From Oikopleura dioica (taxonomy: Eukaryota > Animalia > Chordata), in the NCBI GenBank assembly GCA_907165135.1, contig OU015566.1, forward strand, positions 3,410,001 to 3,474,000: DNA of 64,000 bases. Reading direction: 5' to 3'. The stretch's first letter is position 1; every line of letters starts with the position of its first letter. The notes under the pieces are model-generated. The model did not search any database. It had not been told where the DNA came from and saw only the letters and a program-made list of their open reading frames with translations. The position numbers and the translations under genes are program-made. Shown piece after piece: positions 1 through 11,751 of this stretch.

Positions 1-302
1 GCAGGGAGTTGAGGAGCAGCGGGGACAACAGGGCCAGCTGGAGCGTCCTGAACAAGAGCAGCGGGACGGGCACCACCGGCAATGCCAAGTTCGCTTTCAA
101 CTTCTTTCTCGAATCGCTCAAGCTCATTGTGAAGATAAGTCGCTTCAGAATCCTGGGCAGCTTGGGCGGAAACGCGAGCTTGTTCCCATTGCGCTTTCCA
201 ATCTGCTTGTTGGTCTAGGATTTCGTTTTCGAGGATTTCTAGGCGTTGTCGCTCGGTGAGAAGCATCGAGTGGATGAGGAGGATGGAGAAGCCGAGCATC
301 AT
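1..302 (-). CDS. 5' part of a probable secreted protein with an N-terminal coiled coil; runs off the window edge
   Basis: Open minus frame from ATG at 302: MMLGFSILLIHSMLLTERQRLEILENEILDQQADWKAQWEQARVSAQ...AAPQLP. Hydrophobic N-terminus, coding-like codon use, and TATAAAA upstream (454-460, minus strand). No family recognised. Confidence 0.5.
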   Translation of the reverse strand, partial: MMLGFSILLIHSMLLTERQRLEILENEILDQQADWKAQWEQARVSAQAAQDSEATYLHNELERFEKEVESELGIAGGARPAALVQDAPAGPVVPAAPQLP

Positions 303-1208
303 TCCGAGGAAGACTTTTTCAGAGGTCGAAAAAATGAAAATTAAAAGGAATTTTTTTTTTGAAATTTTTTTGATTTTTTTTATCTGAAAAAATGCCGCTG
401 GACGAAAAATAAATTGAATTGAACCCAACTCGTCGATGAATTAATCTCGCATCTTTTATACGCGAGGATAGATTTCGCCCCTCAATTTTCGCAAAATTAC
501 AAAATGTTCATTTTGACCTCTTTCCTGTCGACAAGCATGTTAAACTTATGCCGCAACGTGCCATGGCTCTTTCAAGTTCGATCGCGCAAGCGGTATGTAT
601 GTATCAGATGGCGAGTTTTCCGGGCTGAGGTAAGGATTACAATTTTCTCTGCATGATAAGAAAAAGGAAAAGAGACGAAGGTTGAGATCAAGCTGCAGAT
701 TTGGGTGCGGCAACACGAATTGGCCGGCCAAATGGAACCTTTCAAAACTGCCCCGGGCAAATTCATGCGCTGAAGTTATGTTTTCTTTTCACTCGATTTC
801 GTGCACTCAGGCTTAATTTGTGATCCTCTTGGACCATGATGGGATTATTTTTCCGTTGTTCTAGCTTTCTACTGAATATAATGAAGGATCCTTAATCATC
901 TTCAAAAAAGTGACGTAAAGGTAAGGTGATTTTCAGAAAAAGTGCACTTTTAGGTGCACCTTACAAATTCTTTTTTCATTGAAGTTGAAGGTGAAGTTCT
1001 TTTAATACCCTCTTCCCAAGAATGATTCTATTTTTATCTTTCTAATAAGCACTTGTTTCTGAAGAGATATAGTCTCGTACTTGCTCTAGGAATTCGAGGA
1101 AATTTTATAAAATTCCATCGTAAAAATTCGTCGTAGAATTATTTCTCGGTAAATATGAGAATAATAAAAATGTGCTTCAATGAGAGTTTGTCGCAGTTTT
1201 TTCGAAAG

Positions 1209-4200
1209 ATGATAAGAAAACGACTAATTGTTTTGCTCCCTTTTCTCGCAGCTCTTCCCGATAGAAACTGTACTGATTGCATCACCTTCCTTGACGAAAA
1301 TGATATAAAACCAACACAAGCAAGCACGACAATGACAGTTGATGAAAACGAGCAAGTAACCCAATCATAAAAAATATCTAAAAAATTCGTTAAATTTCAA
1401 GAACGATTTCAATATTCTTGTCCTAATGAACAACTTAACAAATTCATACATTATCTCTGGTGACGGCTCAACAATCACTTCGCCAACAATAAAAGGACTT
1501 CTTGAGTATCCTACAACATCTTATGACTACGTTGCTAATTCTCCATATGCGTTATTAAAGGATCAGTTATATATTTTTGGTGGAAGCAGATATGGAGATC
1601 AGCGAAAAGTGTCTTTAAAAATTGTATTAATGTTACAAAAAAAATATAGATCAGAGGTGGATATTTTGAAATCAACCATAATTCCATTTTTTCTATAGCA
1701 AATTTGGCTTGATGAATCGGCTTGAATTTTCGCATGTTATCATCTTTTATATACAATCGGAGTCCAAAATAAGGGACTTTTTTTGCTCAAAATTTTTCGA
1801 AAAAAGTCCCTTAAATTGGGTCATCAAACCAAAAAATATGTCGCAAGCAAATTTTTTCGAAGTATATTTTTTGCGTCAAAATAAGCTAAAAGCATTGTTT
1901 TTGTGTCTTTAAAGACATTTTATAAAGAGGAAAACATATTCTGAACGGCAAATCACTTCAGTTTGTCGCAAAACTGATTGTAATCAAGGCTATTATTACC
2001 CTTTATCAGCTCTCAACTGACTGAAAAAGCTAACTTATCTCAGACAGCCCCTTAAATTGGATTTTTTTCTGCCGCTGATTTTCGGCATTTTGAGTCAAAA
2101 AGTCCCTTATCTTGGTGTCCCTTATTTTTACTCAGACTGTACTCGAATCAATTCTGAAAATCTCAGACTGATTTATTAAGCCAGTTTTGCGCTGAAAAAA
2201 ATGGAATAATGATTTGATTTCAAATTATCCACCCCTGCTATAGATAGCAAAATTATTCGGTTGTCGATTTAGTCAATTGGGAACTCGATTGAATTATCCA
2301 TATGATGGAAGAGCTGCCGCTCTAGCGATTGAAAATAACACTCAAGGTTAGACGAAATTTATACGTTCTAGTTTAAGATTGATATTTTAGCGCTTATTTG
2401 TTTTGACAGTTACAAATGGAATTTAAGATGTGAGATTTTCGATACAGTCAATGTTAAAACGACGCACTCTGTTAAATACCTAGGCATAACGCACAAAAAA
2501 TCGACTTTTTATCTGAACGTCGCAGGAAGCTGATTTTCAGATATGATATAGACTTTTGTGCTCGGATAACATTACAAATAAAAAAAATTTCAAAATTTTC
2601 AAATTTAGTACTTTTTAAGTACCCCAAAGTTGTCAAAAAATTGATTTTTCGAGCAATCCAAGCTACGGGGTTGTAAGTATGCTCATTTGAAAGAGCGCAA
2701 AAAACTGAGTAAGAAACTTCAATAAAAAGGGGTGCATTGGGGGTTCTCTGGATTCTAGGGATGAAAAACTCGGAATCTGATGAGTCATCACTTATTTCAA
2801 AAATCGGCCTTTTTCAAAAATAACATGATTTTTTTGAAACTTATAGGTTTGGCATAAAAGATGTCCAGGATTCCGATCACGTGATCAAAAATTTTGAAAA
2901 AGTTCATCTTGGGGTCACTCGAGGTCATCAAAGTTCAAAAATTTGATTTTTGAAAAAAATACCGTATTTACCTGAAACTTATTGGTTCAACATAAAAAAT
3001 GTCGAGGATTCCGATCACATGATCGAAAATTTTTAAAAAGTTCATCTTGGGGTCATTCAAGGTCATAAAAGTTCAATTTTTAATTTTTTGAACTTTTCGG
3101 AAAAATCATGACTAACGTAAAATTTATGCGTTCCACGTTAAAAAAGTGGACATTTTTTATCTAGTCACACGAAAGTTCAAATTGAGGTCATCTAAGGTCA
3201 CTGTAGTTCAAGAACTCACAAATTTGAAGAACAAAAAATTAAAAAATCCTTTTCTCTAAATTAAGTCTTTGAGACGGCGCCTTGTATTCTGCAAGCACGC
3301 ATTTTTAACGCTTCTTGAACGCCGGTTACTTCACTTGCCGATCGCATTGGCTTTTTTCGAAATGAGATCTTTGTTTTTACTATTTTTTTCGACATTTTAT
3401 ACAATCAGTCATTCGACTGATTTTTGTGTGCTAACTGTAGAGAGTGTGAAGAAGATTCTTATTGCGAATGGTGTCACAACTGAAGATGAATGGAACGAAA
3501 ATGTTTCTCTTTACAAGCAAGGATACAAACAAAGATGGCGAGATTATATCAAATGCTCATCCTACTATCGATCGAAAGGGAGTTCGAAGATCAACAATTA
3601 CCTTCATAAGTAAAAAATGAACTCGTCATTTTTAAATACCTAATTTTTCAGTGGAATTTTCGATCCGTCTAAACGACACCTCTTGTTTCCACCTGAAGTT
3701 CTTGATATCGCTGATTTTCCAAAACGTTCTTCGCAGCCATGGTCCGGCTCGATGAAGATGGTGCTTTTCGCTCCCATGATGAGTTTCATCGCATGTACCG
3801 TGTGGCTGTCGTCTGGCTCGCGCAAACATGGATGGAAGTTTTTGACAGTGACAACAATGAGTTTATTTCCTGGAACGAATTGGATATGGCTTTGCAAGAA
3901 GTGAAAAGACGGCGAGAAAAATTCGGTGCTGCACTGGAGAGTAAAGAAGTTCAGTATTTCTTCTCAAAATGGAAACCATCGGTCTGGAACACATTGAAGT
4001 AAATATAAAAAAATATATTTAAGACAATTCATGGTCTCGACATTGACGACCTGGTTGTATTTACTTCAGAAGCCTGGAATTATTACATTGAGAATCTTCG
4101 CCCGCCGACAAACCAACGAAATTTTGCGTGATTTTGTGTGCTAGAATAATTCTTCTCTGACTTATCAAAATTATCTTTTTCTAATATATTTCAAAATTTT

Positions 4201-5600
4201 GAAACCAAAAAGCCTTGTTCACCTTAAATGACCTTGAATGACCTCTATTTGAACTTTTTTATGTGACTAAATGAAAATGTCAATTTTTTAGCGTGGAACC
4301 AATAAATTTCACGTAAGTCTAGATTTGTCATAAAAGTTCGAAAAATTAATAATTGAACTTTTGTGACCTTGAATGACCCCGAGATGAACTTTGTGAGAAT
4401 TTTTGATCACGTGATCGGAATCCTCGACATTTTTTATGTTGAACCAATAAGTTTCAGGACAATACAGTATTTTTTCAAAAATCAAATTTTTGAACTTTGA
4501 TGACCTCGAATGACCTCAAAATGAACTTTTTCAGAATTTTCGATCACGTGATCGGATTCCTCGTCATCTTTAATGCCATACCTGTAAGTTTTAAGGAAAT
4601 CAAGTTATTTTTGAAAAATGCCGATTTTTGGAATCAGTGATGACTCATCGAATTCCGAGTTTTTCATCCCTAGAATCCAGAGAACCCCCAATGCACCCCT
4701 TTTTATTGATGTTTCTTACTCAGTTTTTTGCGCTCTTTCGAATGAGCATACTTACAACCCCGTAGCTTGGATTGCTCAAAAAGTAGCGAGAAAAGGGATG
4801 AAAATAGTACTAAAAAGTACCAAAATTTTTTTTCCAAAAAATTTTGAAAAGTCGTTTTGGGTACTCTTGCTGCTCCCAAAGTTTCAAATTGATATCTCTT
4901 ACAGGGAAAAAGTTGATTTTTTTGTACGTTATGCCTATAAATACCAACATGTTTATGGCAAGCTTGGATACTATGAGGGAAAACCAACAGCAATCGGTGG
5001 TTTGAATTCGAAAATGAATATTGAAAGCTGGACAAAAAATGGCTGGATAACAAAAGGCCACTTTAGCCAAGTTTATGGAACAATTTACGGGCACTCTTTG
5101 ATAGGACTTGAAAGCGGTTCACTTTTCCTGTTTGGTGGAGCTACAAGAAAATTCAATGAAGACACATACTTGAAATCTGTCTACAAAATTGAGGACAATC
5201 AATTGATAGAAATTGGAAATTTGGCAAAGGTACTTTTTAATTAAACTTTTTCTTTTGGGCAAGAGGTAGGCCGTAAGATGCATTTACCGACAAGATATTC
5301 TCCTCGCGATTAAAATATAACTTACGTTTAGTACTTTTTCTCGGCTCTTCAATCAGAAATGGGCATTTTGTCTACCTCGTTCCGGGAAAAAGCCCTGGGT
5401 TTTCACTTCAACGAATCAAAATCAACGAAAGTGAGGTGATAGATGCAGCTATTATCGGCCACCATTCGTATGAGAATGCGATTCCTGTTTTATTTTCAAC
5501 AGATTCAGATTACTGTGTCAAGGATCCTTCGATTTCAAATGCCTCTTATGAAACATTCTCCCTGTTTATCTTCATAATCTTATTTATAAATTACATTTAA
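1209..5600 (+). CDS. Kelch-like beta-propeller protein with signal peptide and GPI-like C-terminus; interrupted by a transposon at 2481-4937
   Basis: Manual exons about 1209-1355, 1402-1607, 2244-2348, 2390-2480, 4946-5229 and ~5332-5600. Kelch-type motifs LYIFGG, KLGYYEGKPTAIGG and LFLFGG; ends SNASYETFSLFIFIILFINYI*. Removing the insertion and one TSD copy restores ...HSVKYQHVYGKLG in frame. Confidence 0.7.
1754..2140. mobile_element. MITE with TA target-site duplication (Tc1/mariner-like), intronic
   Basis: Imperfect TIRs: CAATCGGAGTCCAAAATAAGGGAC versus the reverse complement of the right end, CAGTCTGAGTAAAAAATAAGGGAC. TA flanks both sides (1752-53, 2141-42). Confidence 0.6.
2481..4937. 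mobile_element. Non-autonomous long-TIR (foldback-like) DNA transposon with 8-bp TSD and a cargo gene
   Basis: TSD TAAATACC at 2473-2480 and 4938-4945. Termini TAGGCATAACG(C/T)ACAAAAAA. Inverted arms of about 700 bp (2481-~3200 and ~4225-4937) with internal ~125-bp tandem subrepeats. No transposase. Confidence 0.9.
3362..4131 (+). CDS. Secreted EF-hand-containing protein carried as transposon cargo; has a frameshift or error at ~3715
   Basis: Signal-like MRSLFLLFFSTFYTISHS; GT-AG intron 3610-3651; canonical EF loop DSDNNEFISWNE. One extra T is needed in the T-run 3715-3718 to join the frames. The 3' splicing is uncertain. Confidence 0.6.
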
Positions 5601-5819
5601 TGACTGCGAGAATGAAGACAATCAAAAAGTAGGAAAATAAAAAAAAATAAAACCAAAAATTATCAAATTCGCCTGCAAAAAGCATAATTGCCATCTTCTT
5701 TCGTACTAAAAAAACCAAGGAAACAAGTTAACGACAGGATTATCAAAAATGTCAGATTCGCCAGAGCGAGAAAAATATCTCTCAAAACCATCAGTTATAA
5801 AACTAAGAGGGGAGAAAAT

Positions 5820-7279
5820 ATGAGGAAAATTCTTGTTTTGAAAATTCTTCTTCATTTCTTCAAGGTCGAGGCTTGGATCGCTGAAAAATCTTACAAAGGT
5901 AGTTTTTCATGTTTTCTTTATTAGCTTATTTCTTCAAGAAAATCCATGCTATTCGAAAAACAACTGCAAACCCGAGGAAGTTTGCGTCCCAGAAGGGCAA
6001 TCGCTGTACCAATGCTGCGATGTTGGATGGGATTATGATGAATTTGAAAAATGCCGTAGTGGGATCGCCCATCCATGCCTTGACCAACATCCCTGTCAAG
6101 AGGATGAGGTCTGCCAGCAGAAGATTAAAACTAATGAGATTTCTCATGACTTCGATTGTGTCAAAAAGGATGAAAAATGTCTCGGTAAGATCATTTATCA
6201 ATGATAAATTACCATTCATCAAAAGTGGCTAGATTTTGTAAAAAAGCGAAGATCTACGATATTCAAATCTTCTGTAAAAGTCTCTAGATGTGGCGCAAAA
6301 GAGCCGCGATCGCATTATCAGCGCGTTTTTACGCATCCAGAAAATTCCAATACAGAGAGTTTTTCTCTAGTGCTTTTGCATAAAAGCTCTGGTGCGCTAT
6401 ATCTAGCGATTTTTCCTCGCTTCTTCGTACCGTAGATTCTCGCGCTTTAGACTCCATGGTTGATCTTCTTTCTCAGGAACAGTCGTTTGCGAGGAGTACC
6501 ACCTTGGTTCCTGTTCCGCCAATCATCCGGAAAACCGAACTCGCATTCCCGTCCGCAGCCTCGGCGACTGCTACAACCTTTGCGACCAACGAGACGATTG
6601 CCTCGGCTTCGACATTGACGAAAAGGGCGGCTGTTTTCTCGCTAATCAAGACTGCCTCGAAGGAAACTCGACTCTTGTCCAAGATGATGGTCTTGAAGGC
6701 TGGTCAAAGTATGAATGCCCTTGGGGATGGTGGTGCTATTATATGGATTTGAGCAGTTACAAGCCGATTAATAGAAAACTTCGGATTCAGTACATTTACT
6801 ATCCGATGAAGAAATGCAAAGCGCCCGGTGAGTTTTTGAAATTGATGAAGATCGTTGTTGATTTCATGGTTTTCAGAGCGCTCAGAGGAATGCTCAAAAG
6901 ACTTGTTGAAGGACCTCGATGATCATATGAAGCAAGGGTATTGATGAGGCTATTTTCTTTCCGATAAATTGTCAATACCCTTGAAAGACATTCAGCAATG
7001 TCATGCTATCAATAGAGCCAAGCGTCAAAGAACTAGCAGGAATCTACGGCGAAATTCAAACGCTCGAGACATCTTTTGCCGACCAAGGAAAGAGTTTTTC
7101 ATCACAAAATAGAAATCGAAAGACGGCTTTTAAACTCGAAGAAAGCGAATGGATATATCAACGTTCTCGTCGGCCTAAGTGTGTTGCTCCTGCTGATTAA
7201 AATTGTCGGGATGATTTTGAAAGCGACGAAGACGGATGAGATCATCATTGAAAAATTGCCGACAAAACAAATTCTCTGA
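5820..7279 (+). CDS. Type I membrane protein with Cys-rich EGF-like repeats and a PAN/apple-like domain
   Basis: Signal peptide MRKILVLKILLHFFKVEA. Exon ~5927-6185 is Cys-rich (NPCYSKNNC..., HPCLDQHPCQEDEVC). Exon ~6476-6827 has CYNLCDQRDDCLGFDIDEKGGCFL (PAN pattern). TM segment INVLVGLSVLLLLIKIVGMIL near the 3' end. TATAAAA at ~5796. Confidence 0.65.
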
Positions 7280-7429
7280 TGTTTTCCTTAGAAAAATAAA
7301 CTAAATCAAGAAAACATGATTCTTGTATTTTGTTCGATTTATAAGTTTTTGTCAGGATTATTGATGAAAATGATGATTATTGCTAAGCCCATTCATGTAG
7401 GTTTTATCCGTTTTTATTTCACTTGACGA

Positions 7430-8348
7430 TTATTCGTAGATGATTTCAGAGTTGTAACTGAGCTGGTGTCTTGATGGAGGATACGCAGGATAAATCGGTT
7501 GTTCTGGAGAACTTCGATTAGTTGCTTGAATTGTTGTGATGTCCATCAAATTAAATGGAATAGCTTGGGCTTCGAAAAATTGATCAGCCTCGCTTCTGTT
7601 TGACGATGGAGAATTTTTGTCTCGAAGAGCTTTTTCTTGATTGTTTTTCTTCTGACGATGAATAAGAAAGATGATAAAAAGAAGAAAAAGGATCAAAAAT
7701 ACGATGAAAACGACCGCTATGATTTTGAATTTTTTGAGATCTTTTAGAAGTGCTTTGTTGTTGCTTTTGCATGACTCTGTTTGAGAAATCGGTACAATTT
7801 TCGCTTTTTGTAATGTATCAAGAGCCGTTGTTGTCGAGTTCGTCATTGGTTGTTGCTTTTTGACCATTTTTATTGGAGCTCTGGATGTTGAGATTGTTGT
7901 TGAAGTTGTTGTTGCTCTCATTGGTGTTTTTGTTGTCGTTGTTGCTGTTGTAGTTGTTGGGCAAGTTCTTCTTATTTGGAAAGATTCATAGCATTGCTGA
8001 AGTCTCATTTGACGATTCTCACTCTCTCCTTTTTCATTCCTCAATTTCCCTTTGAAAAGCTAAAAATCATGTTAAACTTTATGAGAATCAAAATAAAAGC
8101 AAAAGAATGCTCACATTTTTCTTGCGAGTCATTTTCTCCAAATCATCCTTCAAATTTTCGATCGTTAAATCTTTTGACCAATTTTCTTGCTCCAAACCCT
8201 TGATCCTATCCAAAAGAGAAGACCGATCAGAAGCGGAAAAATCATCATCATCAGTCAAAGAATCTCTTTCGACCTCGCCATCCCCGCTCGATTCCCCACT
8301 CGATTCTTCCGCAAAAACAGCGAAAATAAAAATCAGAAAAATTTTCAT
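7430..8348 (-). CDS. Type I membrane mucin-like protein (coiled coil, T-rich stalk, TM)
   Basis: ORF 8088-8348 gives the signal peptide MKIFLIFIFAVFA. ORF 7430-8044 gives poly-Thr, the TM IIAVVFIVFLILFLLFIIFLI and a cytoplasmic tail. Confidence 0.7.
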
Positions 8349-8565
8349 TTTGCATTTCTGAGGTTTTCCCTTCTCTAAAGATGGTTTTATAGTTGCAGTA
8401 TTTGCGCATTACTAATAACAAGATCGAAAAAATCATTAGACAAACATCGCCAATTTTTATTTGCAAAAATTGCTCATGCTTATTTTCCATGGAATCGTGA
8501 ATGAGTCAAAAATTAATATCGAGATAATTTATTAAAGGGAAACATGTAACATGTATTTTTCGACA

Positions 8566-8991
8566 TCAATAGTCAAATTCGGGAATTCCAAAGTCAAGTC
8601 GAGGGCTTCTTTTGTGCATCATCTGAAAAAAAAAATTGAATTTGGGCCAAAACCTTGGACATTTTTTACCTTGTAATCGACCATTCGTCGGAGAACGCCA
8701 TTTAATCCCCGATTGTTGCCAATGGAATTAAGGGTCCAGCCTCGTGTTTCTCGAGCTGGGAAGAAGTTTGACTCCTAAAATGATGCAAAACTTTTTAATT
8801 GGTCAAAATTTTCTATGTTTTTTTATTAAAAAGGCCTATTTTTTGTAGATCGTAGCGAAAAATTGCCTTTGAATACCAAAAAATTGATGCTTTTAGCGTT
8901 ATTATTCAATTTTAAAAATATTAATGAACAAATTTCTTACCTCTTCAGCGTTGAAAGCAGCAAAAAGTCCAAAAATCTTGACAAATTTCAT
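8566..8991 (-). CDS. GAL-like: Galanin-like neuropeptide precursor (70 aa, 3 exons)
   Basis: Exons 8991-8941, 8774-8670 and 8622-8566, joined by phase-0 GT-AG introns of 166 and 47 bp. Product: MKFVKIFGLFAAFNAEEESNFFPARETRGWTLNSIGNNRGLNGVLRRMVDYKMMHKRSPRLDFGIPEFDY*. Contains the galanin signature GWTLNS, a signal peptide and a KR site. Confidence 0.85.
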
Positions 8992-9485
8992 TTTCTTTTT
9001 TTTCTGTCAAATTTTTATTTTCACTCTTTCGAAAAAGAATATCTCCACCCAAATCGCAGCAGCTTTTAAAGGATTGCGAATTAAATTCACTGGAAAATCG
9101 GGCTCGTCTCGAAAAAGCACTAATGATGAAAAACCCGTTTTGTGACTGATTGAGCTTCTTTTGCGATGCGACTTGTATCTTTTGCGTCAAGATGTTTTTA
9201 TCGATGCTTGAGTGGCGGGACAAAGGTGCTTTCAAATTTTAAAAGCCGGAGACATGTGTTGCAATTTGTGCATTTTGCATAATATAATGCTGATGCCAGA
9301 TGTCGCTGAATTAAATATTTTTGACACTAAATGAGTACTAGATAGAAACAAGATTTTTCAGAACTCGCTTGTTTTCCATCAAAAAATTGAAGAGCAAATA
9401 CATAAAAGCAGGGTGATATTTACTGTCTTCAGAATTTTAGCGACAATTTCGCATTGCGCGAATTTAACTCATTTTTAAAGTGCAA

Positions 9486-10199
9486 ATGTCGGAAGAACGA
9501 CCCCTTTCAGTAAAAGAGAGACTGGCAAGATTTGAAAATCTTGCAAATAAACCCCAGGAAAAGCTCTTACCTATTCACTTTGCCATTAAGAGTCTTAAAT
9601 TAAGACCTTTAATTTACGGATAGTTTTGATGACTGAGCCCTAAATACAGGAACCTGTAAGATTGAGACAGCGACAGGGTCCCAGAAGACGCCGGCCACAT
9701 ACTCTCAATACGTTTGCTCGAGATGAACTTGAAGGTTTCTTGAACAATCATTTACAAAACAGGCCACTAATTCCAGAGCAGCGAGAAAGTACTCCTGAAA
9801 ATTCGCCTGATGATTCTCCGGTTGAATCTCCTCCAAGAGGTACCTTTTCAATTTTTCCAAAATCATTATTTCATTGAGATTTTTAGAGGAACCTCCTCAG
9901 CAAAATAACAATCAGAGTTCTTTGGAGTTTGAAGAAACGAAGGAAAAACTCAAACTTTGCGTAAGAAAATTAAATATTTTCAATATTATAAATATCCTTA
10001 GGAGAATGCGAATAGACAACTCCAGCAAGATGTTAAGAAATTCGAGAGCAGAGTTGAAAACTTGCATTTTCTGACTCATCAAATGAAGAAGCTGGTATGC
10101 AATTCGTGCCACGAAGAAGCTATATCTGTTGCGTATGTTCCTTGCGGCCATGGCTTTTGCTTTAATTGTTTGAATGAGTTCGAGAGACCTGCGAAATAA
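9486..10199 (+). CDS. RING-finger-like protein with a coiled coil; the last Cys pair is not seen
   Basis: Spliced product MSEERPLSVKERLARFE...LVCNSCHEEAISVAYVPCGHGFCFNCLNEFERPAK*. The C-x2-C, C-x-H and C-x2-C ligands of a C3HC4 RING are present. Confidence 0.6.
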
Positions 10200-11230
10200 A
10201 ACACGGAAAGAAAACTTTCATCTAAAGAGTAAATTTATTAATTGATAAAAACATGACATGCATAATGTTGTTTTGAACGTTGTTTTTCAGAAACAGTTTG
10301 TTTAGTCAGTTAAATTAAAAATAAAAGTAGTAACAGATATGAATGAACGGGTTTTCGGCGAAAAGAACAAAAAAATAAAAATGTTAAGTCTGGATTTTAT
10401 CAGTCGGTTGTTTCGAAAATAAACGTGAAGCTATTACAGTTGAGAAGCTAAGCGGACTGGGCATTCGTGTTCTTATTGAAAATGCGACGAAGCTGCGCGG
10501 TAATCGTGTGCATTTGGTAATTGTGCGTGTATTTTTCATCCTCCTAAGGGTTTTCGGCCAATCAGATTGCTTCAATTCCCAAAAAATGGTATCGGACGCT
10601 CTGATTGGCCGAAAACCTCGTCACTTGCGGCGCTATCGAAAAATTGCGCCAACTCGATTCTGACCAATCAGAAAGCGTTATTTGACATACAAAGTCAAAG
10701 CTTCTCGTCCTTTGATTCGTCAGAAAAAATCTTCCATGATGGCGCTGTTTGACAAATAGCGCCAAAATCATTCCAAAAAGAATACTAAAATTTTCGCACA
10801 CGAAAGCAAAAACAAACTTCTGCTCAAGCATCACGTAAGTCAAAGCCCCCTTTTTCTTCCAAAAATTTGAAATCGAAGAAGACTCGACCTGTCGTGGATA
10901 CAAAAAGCGGCTTAGCTTTGGGCTGTTGGTAAAAAATATGAAATTTCATCTAGTTGAATGTTTCTTGTCTTTTTGTAAAATCGATAAAATTAGTTTCAAA
11001 AAAAGAAAACGAATCGAAGCAGCTGTAGGAAATGTTGGGCTTCTGGTGGGACTGTAAATAAAGAAAAAAAATGAGATTAAATAAAAAGAAGCGATAAAGC
11101 CGAAAAAATAAAGCTAAAAATGAGAATTGGGGAAAATGAAGAAATCCAAAAAGTAAGCTCAAAGCAGCAATAATACAAAATAAGTTGACTGAAAAGAGAA
11201 GGATCATTTCTGAGGGTTTCGTGCTTTCTC

Positions 11231-11386
11231 AGCCAATCAGAGACGAGTTTTGCTTGTCACAGCCAATAAGAAGTCGGTCTTTTCTCTTAGCCAATCAGAG
11301 ACAAGTATTTCATCTCCTAGCCAATAAGAAGTGAGCTTTTTTGTTCTTAGCCAATCAAAAACTAGTACTCTTTGTCTTAGCCAATG
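11231..11386 (+). repeat. Array of six AGCCAAT (CCAAT-box) motifs with ~30-bp period
   Basis: CCAAT at 11233, 11263, 11291, 11321, 11351 and 11381. Confidence 0.8.
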
Positions 11387-11751
11387 AAAAAGCCGCAAAA
11401 GCCCATTACCTCACAGAAAATCACCTACCCAAAATAAGGAGAGTTTAATTGAGCTGAAATCTTGGATAAGAAATTTAAAAAGTTGGGGAATTAAAAAAAA
11501 AGAAAAGGGATTAATTAAAAGAAGCAGGGGTCAGTTTTGTGAGCTTGAAGAAAAACCAGGGAGGACTGACTTCCTTGGCCGCTGCTAGAAAAGAAAGAAC
11601 AAAAATAGAATTGAATAAATGGGTTTTGAACTAAATCGGACGTCTAGTAGGAACTTTTGGAACTTCGGAAGGTGTTTTTTTTTTTAGTCTACGGAAAATA
11701 TTCTAGATTTCACCACGTGGGCTGCTGCTGCTGTTTTTTGCTGTGCAAAGT

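Noticed and set aside
4618-4937. N-terminal part of the 208-aa ORF (MPIFGISDDSS...)
   Set aside because: It lies in the right transposon arm; only the part after the TSD is host kelch sequence.
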